Below, one piece after another: positions 34,064 through 44,163 of a DNA stretch of 64,000 nucleotides. Within the stretch, counting starts at the first letter, position 1. Each line of letters starts with the position of its first letter. The DNA is from an uncultured Gemmatimonadales bacterium (GTDB lineage: Bacteria; Gemmatimonadota; Gemmatimonadetes; Gemmatimonadales; Gemmatimonadaceae), in contig CAWBZV010000003.1 of NCBI GenBank assembly GCA_963793305.1, positions 384,001-448,000 on the forward strand, written 5' to 3'. The notes beneath the pieces were generated by a model. That model saw nothing but the letters and a program-made list of their open reading frames with translations, was not told the origin of the DNA and made no database searches. A program made the translations under genes and the position numbers.

Positions 34064-35448
34064 CTACGATCACGTTCGTCACCGGGCGGCTGGCCGAGCC
34101 CGCGCTGAACGAGACGCTCCGGGCGATTCCGGGATCGGACCCGGAGTTCGCGTATCACGTCGTCGTGCTCAAGATCACGGTGGCCGCGCTCATGACGACA
34201 CCGTGGATCGCGAAATTTCTGGACATCCCGCCGGGGACCGATCTCGTGATGATCCCCGGCTTGTGTGAAGGCGATCCGTCGGTGATCGCCGACAAACTCG
34301 GCGTGCGGGTGATCAAGGGTCCCAAAGATCTACGCGAAATCCCGGGATGGCTCGGCCACGAGGCCGTTGCGCGAGAATATGGTGCGTGGGATATCGAGAT
34401 CTGCGCCGAGATCAACAATGCCCCCAGGTTGTCTCGCGAAGAAATCACGCGCCAAGCGCGCTACTATCGCGAGTCAGGCGCCGATGTCATCGACCTGGGA
34501 CTGACACCGGGCCTGCCGTATCCTGAGCTGGCCGAGACTGTGCGCGATCTCGTCTCGGCCGGCATGCGAGTGAGCGTCGACAGTTTTGATCCCGCCGAGA
34601 TCCACACGGCAGTCGATGCGGGGGCGTCGCTCGTGCTCAGTGTGAATGGCTCGAATCGCGATGTCATTGCGACTCTGGCGGGAGGACCGGCGAAAGTCGT
34701 GGCCATCCCCGATTTCGGCGCCGGTCTAGATACACTCGAACCGACGATCGCGGCGCTAGAGCAAGCGCGCATCCAGTATTTTATTGACCCGGTCATCGAA
34801 CCAATCGGCTATGGCTTCGCCGCATCGATCCAGCGCTACGCCGAAGCGCACCGACGCTATCCGGATGCGCCGCTCTTTATGGGCATAGGCAACCTGACCG
34901 AGCTGACCGCGGCCGACACCACGGGCGTCAATGCTGTCCTGATCGCGATCGCACAAGAGCTCGGCGTCCGGGCAGTGCTGACGACCGAAGTCATTCCATG
35001 GGCGCGTGGATGCGTGCGCGAGATCGACATTGCGCGGCGTCTCATGCACTATGCGATCACCAAGCGCTCGCTGCCGAAGCATGTCGACGATCGACTGATA
35101 ACGGTGAAGGATCCCACGATTCTGAGCTACACGGAAGCCGAACTTCGCACGCTGCAATCGTCTATTAAAGACGCGAACTATCGCATCTTCACCGATCGCG
35201 ATGTCATCACCGTGCTCAACGCCGAGCGCTTCGTGCGGGGCACAGATATCCAGGAGATCTTCGGACAACTCGGCGTGACCGAGGCGACGCACGCGTTCTA
35301 TCTCGGCAAAGAACTAGCGAAAGCGAAGCTCGCGATCACCTTGGGCAAGACGTATCGTCAGGAAGGTCAACTCGCCTGGGGCTACCTGACGCCGCCGGAC
35401 GACCCGATCAGCGAGCATCTCCGAGTGACGGCGAAGCGTGATCGTTGA
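34036..35448 (+). CDS. Dihydropteroate-synthase-like H4MPT protein (Orf20/DUF6513); start uncertain (GTG 34036 or ATA 34060)
   Basis: FVTGRLAE, VAALMT, KGPKDLR, GADVIDLG, SVDS, GNLTEL, HAFYLGKEL.KA, GK.Y.Q. Confidence 0.88.
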   Translation: MGAKWGAAIATITFVTGRLAEPALNETLRAIPGSDPEFAYHVVVLKITVAALMTTPWIAKFLDIPPGTDLVMIPGLCEGDPSVIADKLGVRVIKGPKDLREIPGWLGHEAVAREYGAWDIEICAEINNAPRLSREEITRQARYYRESGADVIDLGLTPGLPYPELAETVRDLVSAGMRVSVDSFDPAEIHTAVDAGASLVLSVNGSNRDVIATLAGGPAKVVAIPDFGAGLDTLEPTIAALEQARIQYFIDPVIEPIGYGFAASIQRYAEAHRRYPDAPLFMGIGNLTELTAADTTGVNAVLIAIAQELGVRAVLTTEVIPWARGCVREIDIARRLMHYAITKRSLPKHVDDRLITVKDPTILSYTEAELRTLQSSIKDANYRIFTDRDVITVLNAERFVRGTDIQEIFGQLGVTEATHAFYLGKELAKAKLAITLGKTYRQEGQLAWGYLTPPDDPISEHLRVTAKRDR

Positions 35449-36806
35449 AGAGCTGATCCCGCCACCGGACGTCATAGAGACGTTCGAGCGCACAGCGGGC
35501 CTCCCCTATCGGATGCTGCTCGACAGCGCCAGCGACCCGCAGCGCCTCGGCCGCTACTCGTTCGTGGTCGCCGACCCGTACAAGGTCATTCACAGCGGCC
35601 CGGACCCACTGCTCGCCGCGCGCGCGGCGCTCGCGCACTTGCACCACGCCTCGATTCCGGACTTGCCGCCATTTCAAGGCGGCGCGGTGGGCTACATTGG
35701 CTACGACTATGGCGCCCGACTCGAACGCCTGCCGTCGGCGCGCTACGACGACTTAGGGATCCCCGATGTCGTGCTCGGTCTCTACGACTGGGTCATCGCA
35801 TGGGACCATCTCGCCAGGCGCGCCTGGATCATTTGCATTGGCGATCGAGCGGGGCCCCGGAGAGACAACGCTCGCGCGATGCTGGAGGGCCGGGGAGCCC
35901 CGCGTGCAACGCCGGAGGTCGATCCCTGGCCACGTCCACCGCGAGCGCCGTCGTGGCCGCTGCCGCCAGAGGTGGCGGGCTCCCTCGACCTGCGATCCTC
36001 ATTCTCGCGCGAGGCGTATCTGGAGGCGGTCGAACGCGTACGCGAGTACATCTTCGCCGGCGATATCTTCCAGGCCAACCTCTCGCAGCGATTGGAAGCG
36101 CCGCTCGATGAGCCGGCGTGGGACCTCTACAAGCGACTGCGCGCGATCAACCCGGCGCCGTTCGCCGCCTACATCGAGACGGGCGAAGCCACGATCATGA
36201 GTGCGTCGCCCGAGCGATTCCTACGGGTCTCGACTGATCGGACCGTCGAGACGCGACCGATAAAGGGGACGCGCCCGCGCGGCATTGGCCCCGAGCACGA
36301 TGCCGCGCTCGGGCAAGCATTGATCGAGAGCGAGAAAGATCGCGCCGAGAACCTCATGATCGTGGATCTCCTGCGGAATGATCTGTCGCGCGTCTGCGTT
36401 CCGGGGACCGTGCGCGTGCCTGAGCTCTTCTTGCTCGAGAACTACCCGACCGTGCACCATTCTCGTGTCGACGGTCGTGGGCGTCTTGCCGCCGAAAGCC
36501 GATGCCATCGATCTCCTCCAGGCGAGCTTTCCGGGCGGGTCGATCACCGGTGCGCCCAAGGTGCGCGCGATGGAGATCATCGCCGAGTTGGAGCCTTCGC
36601 GCCGTGGCGTCTACTGCGGGTCGATCGGCTATCTCAGCGTGACTGGCGCTCTGGATACCAGCATCGTCATCCGGACCTACCTGGCGCTGGAGCGCCGGGT
36701 GTATTTTTCTGTCGGCGGGGGCATTGTCGCCGACTCCGATCCTACAGCGGAGTACGAGGAGACGCTGACCAAGGCCCGCGCGCTCATCGCCGCGCTACGC
36801 CCGTGA
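35438..36806 (+). CDS. pabB: Aminodeoxychorismate synthase component I (frameshift near 36460)
   Basis: LLDS, PFQGG..GY, SASPERF, TRPIKGTRPR, AENLMIVDLLRND; FPGGSITGAPK, GGGIVADS. Confidence 0.92.
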
Positions 36807-37459
36807 TTCTACTCATCGACAACTACGACTCGTTTGTCTATAACCTGGCTCGCTATGTGCGCGAGCTGGGGCGTGAGGCGGTCGTGCGTCGGCACGATGC
36901 GATCACGCTCGATGACATCGCGTCGCTTGGCCCCTCGCACATCATCCTCTCACCGGGTCCTTGTACGCCTCGCGAGGCCGGCATCTCGACTGATGTCGTC
37001 CTCCGCTTCTCTTCAACAATACCTATCCTCGGCGTCTGCCTCGGCCATCAGTGCATTGGTGAGGCATTTGGCGGTCGGATCGTCCGCGCCGCCCGGCCAA
37101 TGCATGGCAAGGTCTCATTGGTGATCCACGACGGGACCAGCGTATTCGCGGGACTCCCATTGCCCATTCGCGCGACCCGGTATCACTCGTTAGTGATCGC
37201 TCCCGAGACTGTCCCGAAGGAGCTCAAGGTCATTGCCAGAACAGACTCCGGGGAGATAATGGCCGTTGTACACCGGGAACGTCCCACGGTTGGTGTGCAG
37301 TTTCATCCAGAGTCGGCGCTCACCGAATATGGGTATCGCATGCTGGCGACGTTCTTGAACCGCAGCGCAGGACCCGACGTCCCCGATCGAGCAGATGGCG
37401 CGTTCAGTCGCCGCGAGCCCGCCGCATTCGTCCCTCCTCCGGTGGAGCTCGTGCGGTGA
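36803..37459 (+). CDS. pabA: Glutamine amidotransferase component II (PabA/TrpG)
   Basis: IDNYDSF, SPGP, GVCLGHQ, RYHSL, QFHPES. Confidence 0.93.
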   Translation: MILLIDNYDSFVYNLARYVRELGREAVVRRHDAITLDDIASLGPSHIILSPGPCTPREAGISTDVVLRFSSTIPILGVCLGHQCIGEAFGGRIVRAARPMHGKVSLVIHDGTSVFAGLPLPIRATRYHSLVIAPETVPKELKVIARTDSGEIMAVVHRERPTVGVQFHPESALTEYGYRMLATFLNRSAGPDVPDRADGAFSRREPAAFVPPPVELVR

Positions 37460-38304
37460 GCGTACTCCCTGCTTGTTGGGTCGATGGAAAGCGCGTCGAC
37501 CCGACGGGCGCACACATCGATGTCACCGATCGCGGGTTCACGCTCGCCGACGGTATCTTCGAGACCATGCGTGCGTACAACGGCGCCATCTTTCGCTTCG
37601 ACGAGCACATGGCCCGCCTTTCTCGGGGCGCCGAGCGGCTGGGCCTTCCGCGCCCGGCCAATTTGTTCCCCACGCTCCAGCAGGCGCTCCACGAGTTGCG
37701 CGCCGCGCGAGTCGACGCCGTCGTGCGACTCACGGTGAGTCGCGGGTCCGGGCGCCACGGGCTCATGCCGACGCGCGGCGAGACACCGACGGTCGTCCTG
37801 TTCGCCCAAGAGCTGGCGCCGTTCAAGATGGCGATCAGCGTGCGTACCGCGAGTGGGCGGCGCAATGAGCACGCGATGAGCGTCGGCATCAAAGCGCTGT
37901 CATACACGGACAGCGTGCTGGCCCTACTCGAGGTCGCGGCGAAAGGCGCCGAAGACGCGATTTTTCTCGACACGGGTGGTCATGTGTCGGAGGCGACCGC
38001 CAGCAACGTGTTTCTCGTGAAAGGTGGGACCGTTCGCACCCCGCCAGAATCCTGCGGTGCCTTCCCCGGTATCACGCGGTCAGTCGTGATCGAGCTCCTC
38101 GAAGATATGCGGATTCCGCTGAGCGATGACCCCGTGACGCCCGCTGAGTTGGCGCAAGCGGACGAGGTGTTCTTGACCAGCTCCGTGCGCGAGATCGCGC
38201 CGGTTGATACCGTCGACGGACGATCGCTCAAAGTCCCTGGGCCTATTACGACGGCGCTCATGGGTGGGTACGCGGCACTGGTGCAGGTCGAGCGCGAGTC
38301 GTGA
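37456..38304 (+). CDS. pabC: Class IV PLP enzyme, probable aminodeoxychorismate lyase
   Basis: DRG...ADGIFETM, H..RL, K, E....N, PGITR, EVFLTSS; follows pabBA. Confidence 0.78.
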   Translation: MSVLPACWVDGKRVDPTGAHIDVTDRGFTLADGIFETMRAYNGAIFRFDEHMARLSRGAERLGLPRPANLFPTLQQALHELRAARVDAVVRLTVSRGSGRHGLMPTRGETPTVVLFAQELAPFKMAISVRTASGRRNEHAMSVGIKALSYTDSVLALLEVAAKGAEDAIFLDTGGHVSEATASNVFLVKGGTVRTPPESCGAFPGITRSVVIELLEDMRIPLSDDPVTPAELAQADEVFLTSSVREIAPVDTVDGRSLKVPGPITTALMGGYAALVQVERES

Positions 38305-38852
38305 TCATCGAGACGATCGTCACAACGCTCGATGCCAAAGGCGCAGTGAACGTCGCGCCCATGGGCGTCGAGTGGAGTGACGAGGTGTTGGTGGTCAAGC
38401 CATTTCTCGACACGACGACGTTTCGCAACCTGCGCGATACCCACGTCGCGGTCGTCAATCTCACCGACGACGTGCGCATTTTTGTTCAGGCGGCACTGTT
38501 CAGCGCCAGCGCGCCAACGATACCGGCGACAGTGGTGAAAGGTGTCGTTCTCTCGGCCGCGACCTCCTGGCGCGAAGTCGAGGTCACATTGATCGACGCC
38601 ACGCCGCCGCGTTCCCGCATCGAGACGCGCGTGGTGTTTCGCTCGGCGCAAGGAGAATTTCTCGGTTTCAATCGCGCGCGCCACGCGGTGCTCGAAGCAA
38701 CGATATTGGCGACCCGGCTGCATCTGATCCCGCACGACGAGGTTCGCCGACAGGTCGACGCACTCGCCGTGCTCGTCGACAAGACAGCCGGCCCACGCGA
38801 GCGAGAAGGGTGGGCGCTCGTCACGGAATACCTGACAGACCGGATCAAGTGA
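38301..38852 (+). CDS. DUF447 family protein (H4MPT-cluster associated)
   Basis: ETIVTT, NVAPMG, T..NL, GFNRA..AVLE..I..TR. Confidence 0.85.
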   Translation: MIIETIVTTLDAKGAVNVAPMGVEWSDEVLVVKPFLDTTTFRNLRDTHVAVVNLTDDVRIFVQAALFSASAPTIPATVVKGVVLSAATSWREVEVTLIDATPPRSRIETRVVFRSAQGEFLGFNRARHAVLEATILATRLHLIPHDEVRRQVDALAVLVDKTAGPREREGWALVTEYLTDRIK

Positions 38853-39811
38853 CAGTTTTTGTCGAGGCCCCGGCGCGATTGCATTTCGGCATGCTCGACC
38901 TCGCGGGCACGCTGGGCCGGAGGTTTGGCGGCATTGGCGCGGCCGTTCCGACGCCGTCGCTCCTGCTCTCGGCCGAGATGCGAACGCAGATAACGGCCGA
39001 AGGCCCGGAGGCCGAGCGCGCGATTCGATTCGCGACGAGGTTCGTGGATCACTACGGGATAGAGGGCCGGGGAGCGCATTTCGTAATCGAGCGAGCCATC
39101 CCACGCCACAATGGCCTGGGTTCCGGAACGCAGCTCGCACTCGCCGTCGCGCGATCGATGGCCGAGTTATATGAGCTGGACGCCGATATCGCGACGCTGG
39201 CGACGGCGGTTGGCAGAGCGCGGCGGTCGGCCATAGGCACATGGACGTTTGCGCACGGTGGGTTTGTGCTCGAAGGTGGCCGGCGGTCGGGGGCGGGCGA
39301 TGCCCCGGACCAGCCCGCACCGCTCTTGGCACGCCTGGCGATCCCCCCGCACTGGAGATGCGTCATAGCGGTACCGCGGGCTGCGTTGGGCGTCAGTGGC
39401 GATGCCGAGGTCGCGGCGTTTGCGTCGCTGCCCGAGCCGCCGCTCAGGGATGTCGAGCACGTGGCGCACCTCGTGCTCATGTCGCTTTTGCCGGCGCTCG
39501 TCGAGGGCGACCTGGCGACATTTGGCGCGGCGCTGACGGAGGTGCAGTATGTGACGGGTCGCTGGTTCGCGCCCGCGCAGGGTGGCGCGTTCGCGCCGGG
39601 GGTCGGCGCCTCGCTGATCGCGCAGATGCGGGAGTGGGGTGCGGCCGGCGTCGGCCAAAGCTCGTGGGGACCGGCCGTATATGGTATCGTAGGCGATGCG
39701 GCCGCCGGCGCGGCGCTCGCGGCCCGGGTCCGGGCGGCGTTGCCCGAGGCCAATGGGGCAGTCTACGAAGGACCTTTCAGCCACACGGGGGCGCGGATAT
39801 GGGTAGAGTAG
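38849..39811 (+). CDS. mptG: Beta-ribofuranosylaminobenzene 5'-phosphate synthase (GHMP family)
   Basis: PARLHFG..D, RRFGGIG, H.GLGSGTQL, RSAIG...F..GG, GQSSWGP. Confidence 0.93.
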   Translation: MTVFVEAPARLHFGMLDLAGTLGRRFGGIGAAVPTPSLLLSAEMRTQITAEGPEAERAIRFATRFVDHYGIEGRGAHFVIERAIPRHNGLGSGTQLALAVARSMAELYELDADIATLATAVGRARRSAIGTWTFAHGGFVLEGGRRSGAGDAPDQPAPLLARLAIPPHWRCVIAVPRAALGVSGDAEVAAFASLPEPPLRDVEHVAHLVLMSLLPALVEGDLATFGAALTEVQYVTGRWFAPAQGGAFAPGVGASLIAQMREWGAAGVGQSSWGPAVYGIVGDAAAGAALAARVRAALPEANGAVYEGPFSHTGARIWVE

Positions 39812-41016
39812 TCGAGCGCATCCAGGCGTTCAACGCAGACCGCGAACCCGAGCGGCTCGCGCTCAAGTACCAGCGCATGCGCTTGAACGCGTTCGCGTTC
39901 TTTCGCGGCACGGCCCACCTGTTCTACGAGGACTGGACCAAGGGCGGCCCGCTCGATGCTGCGCCGCTGGCCTGGCTCTCGGGTGACCTCCACCTCGAGA
40001 ATTTCGGCAGCTACAAGGGCGACAACCGGCTCGGGTACTTCGATCTCAACGATTTCGACGAAGCGTACCTGGCGCCGGCGACGTGGGACCTGGGCCGGTT
40101 CACGACGAGTCTCTATCTCGCTGCCGACGCGCTGAAAATCGGCGATAGCGATACCCGCATTTTGGGCGCGACATTTCTCGACACGTACGGCACCGCGCTG
40201 CACGACGGCAAGGCTCGCTGGGTGGAGCGCTCGACAGCCGAAGGGATCGTGCGCGAGCTGCTGCGCCGCGTGAAGCGGCGGACGCGCAGGCAGTTACTCG
40301 ACAGCATGACGACGGGCCGTCACAAGGGCCGCAAGTTCACGCTCGATGCCCAACATCGTCTCATCGTCTCGCGCGCCGACCGCGCCGCCGTTGTCGCGAC
40401 GATGAAGACATTCGCGGCGAGCGAGCACTGCCCCGAAGAATTTTCCGGCGGATTTCTCCGCGTCCTCGACGTCGTGCGCCGGGTTGCCGGGACCGGCAGC
40501 CTCGGCGTTCGCCGTTTCGCGATTCTGGTCGAAGGTCGCGGCGGTCCGGACGGCAACTTCGTGCTCGACCTCAAGGAAGCGCGTCGCGCCGCGCTCGCTC
40601 CGTATGTGACGACTCCGCAGCCCGGTTGGCCGAGTGAGGCGGCGCGGGTCGCCGGCATCCAGCGGCGCGCCGAAGCGATCGCGCCGGCGCTGCTGCACGC
40701 GGTGAACATGGGGAAGTCGTCGTACGTGCTCAAAGAATTGCAGCCGTTGATCGACCGGCTCACGATCGACGAGACGACCTCGGGCACTGACCTCGGCCTC
40801 ATCATGGTCGCCATGGGCCACGTCGTCGCGTGGAGCCACTTGCGCGGGAGCGGCCGCCAGGGCTCGGCGATTGCCGACGATCTCGTCACGTTTGGCGCCG
40901 AGCGATGGTGGGTACGCGAGACGCTGGCGTATGCGCGGCGGTATCGCGAGGTCATGAAAGCCGATTACGAGATCTTCGCCAAGGCGTACGATGACGGAGC
41001 GTTTACCGCGACGTGA
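39799..41016 (+). CDS. DUF2252 family kinase-like protein
   Basis: FFRGTA, GDLHLENFG, DLNDFDE, GTGSLG.RR, LKEA. Confidence 0.88.
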   Translation: MGRVVERIQAFNADREPERLALKYQRMRLNAFAFFRGTAHLFYEDWTKGGPLDAAPLAWLSGDLHLENFGSYKGDNRLGYFDLNDFDEAYLAPATWDLGRFTTSLYLAADALKIGDSDTRILGATFLDTYGTALHDGKARWVERSTAEGIVRELLRRVKRRTRRQLLDSMTTGRHKGRKFTLDAQHRLIVSRADRAAVVATMKTFAASEHCPEEFSGGFLRVLDVVRRVAGTGSLGVRRFAILVEGRGGPDGNFVLDLKEARRAALAPYVTTPQPGWPSEAARVAGIQRRAEAIAPALLHAVNMGKSSYVLKELQPLIDRLTIDETTSGTDLGLIMVAMGHVVAWSHLRGSGRQGSAIADDLVTFGAERWWVRETLAYARRYREVMKADYEIFAKAYDDGAFTAT

Positions 41017-41509
41017 TCACGACCTGGGCGGGGTGCTGCACGAGGCCATTGGCATCTCGTACGGCCACGTCGATCGAGTCAGCATCCCACGCCGCGAGCA
41101 CGACGTGATCCGTCCCTTTCGCGAACGTGGATAGGTCGGTACTCGACAGCACCGGCTCTTTGAGCGGGTGGTTGGCCGAGTCGGCCCGATATGGATGCGT
41201 GTGCCACGTGCCGACGAGATGCGCGACGTGCTTGCAGTCGCCGGTGACGGCGAACTGCCATTGGTGCATGTGCTGCGCGGGTGTCCAGTCGGTGACGTAG
41301 ACGGTATCGCCGACCCTGTGGCCGATGAGACAACCCAAGTATTCGTGCTGTGTCGGCTTACCGGTGCCGAGCATTTGCGTCAGCGTGTTCTGGTCGGTGA
41401 GCTCGTTCCAGTGCAGGTTGTTGCGTAGCCAGATGGCGTTGATCGAATCGCGCACCGGTTGCGCGATGACGACGATCGCTGGCGGGTCGGGTGGATGTGC
41501 GAGTGGCAT
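41003..41509 (-). CDS. JAB/MPN-like metalloprotein; start uncertain
   Basis: HEYLGCL...VGTWHTHP...LSSTDL. Confidence 0.65.
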   Translation of the reverse strand: MPLAHPPDPPAIVVIAQPVRDSINAIWLRNNLHWNELTDQNTLTQMLGTGKPTQHEYLGCLIGHRVGDTVYVTDWTPAQHMHQWQFAVTGDCKHVAHLVGTWHTHPYRADSANHPLKEPVLSSTDLSTFAKGTDHVVLAAWDADSIDVAVRDANGLVQHPAQVVITSR

Positions 41510-41525
41510 GTCGTATCTTTCAGGT

Positions 41526-42434
41526 ATGAACGCTAAGCCCCGGCCAACTACTCTCATCGACGCGCCACGCTTGTCCGATCGCCTGTGCGCGAACGTCACG
41601 CTCGCGGCCGAGACGTTTCAATTTACCGGCAGCTTCAAGTTCAGGGCGGCGAATAACGTCGTCACGAACGTGCCGAACCCGTCGATCATCACGGCGTCGT
41701 CGGGGAACTTCGGCCAGGCCATGGCGTATGCGTGCAAGCTCGCGGGCAAGCGATGCACCGTCGTCATGCCCACGAACTCGGTCAAGGTTAAGGTTGAGGC
41801 TGTACGCGCATTCGGCGCGACGGTGGATCTCGTCGATACCACGAAGGTACCCCGCGCTCAGCGGGTACGAGAGTTAGCCGAGGCGGATCCGGACGCGTAT
41901 GTGGCCAGTGCGTACGATGACCCACTCGTGATTGCGGGCAACTCGTCGCTCGGTCGCGAGCTCGCTGCGCTCGCCACGCGGTTCGATGTCATCGTCGCGC
42001 CTGTCGGCGGCGGCGGACTGCTGTCCGGCGTCATTCAGGGATTGCGATCCTCGGGGGATACGACGCCTGTCATTGGGGCCGAGCCGCTCTTGGCGAACGA
42101 TGCCGCGCAGTCCCTGCGCGAGGGACGGATCGTCGCCAGCGATCACGAGATCCAGACGATCGCCGATGGCGCGAGAACGATGAGTCTCGGAAAGCACAAC
42201 TGGGCGATTATCAAAGATGGCGTCGAGACCATCGTCGAAGTGTCGGAGGAGCAGATTCGCGAGGCGGTGCGATTGCTCTTTTCACTCGCGAACTTGAAGG
42301 TCGAGCCCACGGGTGCGCTCACGACCGGCGCGTTGCTTGCATCACCCGATCGCTTCCGTGACCTTCGGGTCTGCTGTGTCGTCAGTGGGGGCAACGTTGA
42401 TCCCGCACTGTATCGGGACCTGCTGTCGGTATAA
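41526..42434 (+). CDS. PLP-dependent threonine/serine dehydratase
   Basis: TGSFKFR, ASSGN, PVGGGGL, TIADG, VEPTGA, SGGN. Confidence 0.92.
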   Translation: MNAKPRPTTLIDAPRLSDRLCANVTLAAETFQFTGSFKFRAANNVVTNVPNPSIITASSGNFGQAMAYACKLAGKRCTVVMPTNSVKVKVEAVRAFGATVDLVDTTKVPRAQRVRELAEADPDAYVASAYDDPLVIAGNSSLGRELAALATRFDVIVAPVGGGGLLSGVIQGLRSSGDTTPVIGAEPLLANDAAQSLREGRIVASDHEIQTIADGARTMSLGKHNWAIIKDGVETIVEVSEEQIREAVRLLFSLANLKVEPTGALTTGALLASPDRFRDLRVCCVVSGGNVDPALYRDLLSV

Positions 42435-42482
42435 AGTTTGCGCTAGTATTAGGGGCTTCACTTTTCCTGAGAGGGAACGTCT

Positions 42483-42665
42483 ATGCCCACGAATCATGCG
42501 CACGACCCGAAGAAACCTCGTCCCTCGGCGCCGCGACCCGCGCAGCCCGACGAGGAGCCCAAAGTGATCACCCGTGGGCGGGTGTCACACGTGGAGCACG
42601 AGCTCGATCAGCCGGAGCCGATGCCAGTCCGCAAATCGGGCGAACGCGACAAAATCTCTCGGTAG
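42483..42665 (+). CDS. Small hypothetical protein
   Basis: GAGGG RBS before ATG; overlaps the 3' end of the convergent PTPS gene. Confidence 0.35.
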   Translation: MPTNHAHDPKKPRPSAPRPAQPDEEPKVITRGRVSHVEHELDQPEPMPVRKSGERDKISR

Positions 42666-43135
42666 ACCGCGGACTGACCGAAGCTCTCCTCGACTTCGAT
42701 CTCGATTGACGCGAGCCGGTCGGCGCTCGCCCCCAGCTCGACCTTCAGCCGACCGGCGAGATACTGCGCCAGCATCTCCGCGGTAGTGTTGGGAATGGGG
42801 AGGAGCACACAATCCTCTCGCGGGAAGACGTAGCGCGGTCGGTCCTGGTACGCGACCGTTATCGACTCTGCCTGCTCCCCGATCCGGAGTTTTGGATTTT
42901 CCAGCGGGAGGAGCACCCGGTGGTCGATCTCATCGCACAGGCGCTTCATCACGCGCTTGAGGTCGACGAAGTTGAAGACGTACCAGCTTTCCGGATCGAG
43001 CGTGCCTTCGAGCGCCACGCTCACGCGATAGTTGTGGCCGTGGAGTGATTCGCAGCGGTGGCCGGCGAAGGTGATAAAATGCGCGGCGGCGAAGACCAAA
43101 TAGTCTTTGGTGACCTGTACTCGGAACGTTGTCAT
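42608..43135 (-). CDS. 6-pyruvoyl-tetrahydropterin synthase family protein (CExxHGH, PTPS-I/III type)
   Basis: F.AAHF, CESLHGHNY, DH, TTAE.LA, EES. Confidence 0.9.
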   Translation of the reverse strand: MTTFRVQVTKDYLVFAAAHFITFAGHRCESLHGHNYRVSVALEGTLDPESWYVFNFVDLKRVMKRLCDEIDHRVLLPLENPKLRIGEQAESITVAYQDRPRYVFPREDCVLLPIPNTTAEMLAQYLAGRLKVELGASADRLASIEIEVEESFGQSAVYREILSRSPDLRTGIGSG

Positions 43136-44163
43136 CGTGAGTCCCAGGCGCCGGTGAGCAGCGCCACGTAAAGGGCCGCAGCCGTGAGGTCCGCGGTCGT
43201 ACCCGGGTTCAGGCCAGCTGACCGTAGCTCTTCGTCGAAATACGCTCGGCCCTCCGGGCCAGTGCGCAAAGCGTCCTTCGCGCCGCGGCTGACCTCGGCG
43301 GCGACATCCGGGCCGAATTTGCGACGAATATGAGTATCCGGGATTGCGGCGAGGAGTGCCAGGAAGGTTCTGACCGTCGCCTCTGCCCAGCCCAGTGACC
43401 TCGCCTCGATCAGCGCCGGAAGGCCCAAGTCGAACGTGATGCGAAAGTCAGTCGCATATTCGGCCGCGATCGAATCCCGCGCGGCCGCTATCCGCATGGC
43501 CTCCGTGAGCGCGACACCAGGCTCGCCGGCAACGTCCTGCTCGGCCGCCGTGCCCAGACCACCGGGTCGCGCCAATCGGATCGCGGCATATACCTCGCGA
43601 GCATCTTGCACGGTCGTGCTCGCCAGGACGTTGCGCACGGCGTCTCTCAGTGCCACCGAGGACGGGCCTGAGGGCTGGGCCGACGACTGGGCCGACGACT
43701 GGGCCGACGACTGGCCCGACGACTGGCCCGACGACTGGCCCGACGACTGGGCCGACAACTGGGCCGAGGACTGAGCCGAGGACTGAGCCGAGGGCTGGGC
43801 CGACGACTGGCCCGACGACTGGGCCGACGACTGGCCCGACGACTGGTCCGACGACTGGGCCGACTGGGCCGAGGGCTGGGCCGAGGACCGTGCAGCGCGA
43901 GCCAATGGGGCGAGCAAGAGAACCATACCGAGATTCGTATTCGACCGCGTCCACTGGCCTGTCGCGCGAATCGCCGCATTGATCGTGGCGCCGAGCGGCA
44001 AATCCGAGGCGAGCGCAGGCCCGATGGCGGCAGCGCTCGCCAGGAAATCCTCATAACTCGCGTCGGAAAAATTCCGGCCGGGCGAAACATTACCAGGCTT
44101 CGGCGCGCTCGCTTCGAGCAAGCAGGCGAGCTGGGCGGCGCTAGCGATAAAATCGTTCGTCAC
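43132..44163 (-). CDS. CitG-like triphosphoribosyl-dephospho-CoA synthase homolog (Orf7-like) with an internal Ser/Gln repeat insert
   Basis: [28 protein letters not shown]. Confidence 0.88.
   Translation of the reverse strand: MTNDFIASAAQLACLLEASAPKPGNVSPGRNFSDASYEDFLASAAAIGPALASDLPLGATINAAIRATGQWTRSNTNLGMVLLLAPLARAARSSAQPSAQSAQSSDQSSGQSSAQSSGQSSAQPSAQSSAQSSAQLSAQSSGQSSGQSSGQSSAQSSAQSSAQPSGPSSVALRDAVRNVLASTTVQDAREVYAAIRLARPGGLGTAAEQDVAGEPGVALTEAMRIAAARDSIAAEYATDFRITFDLGLPALIEARSLGWAEATVRTFLALLAAIPDTHIRRKFGPDVAAEVSRGAKDALRTGPEGRAYFDEELRSAGLNPGTTADLTAAALYVALLTGAWDSR
43675..43887 (-). repeat. In-frame 12-bp tandem repeat, 18 units encoding (S/P/L)S(A/G/D)Q
   Basis: Plus-strand unit CTGG(G/C)CCGACGA repeated; one unit is 9 bp; frame preserved. 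Confidence 0.95.

Noticed and set aside
43675..43887. CRISPR array
   Set aside because: Contiguous 12-bp units without unique spacers, in frame inside a gene; it is a coding tandem repeat.
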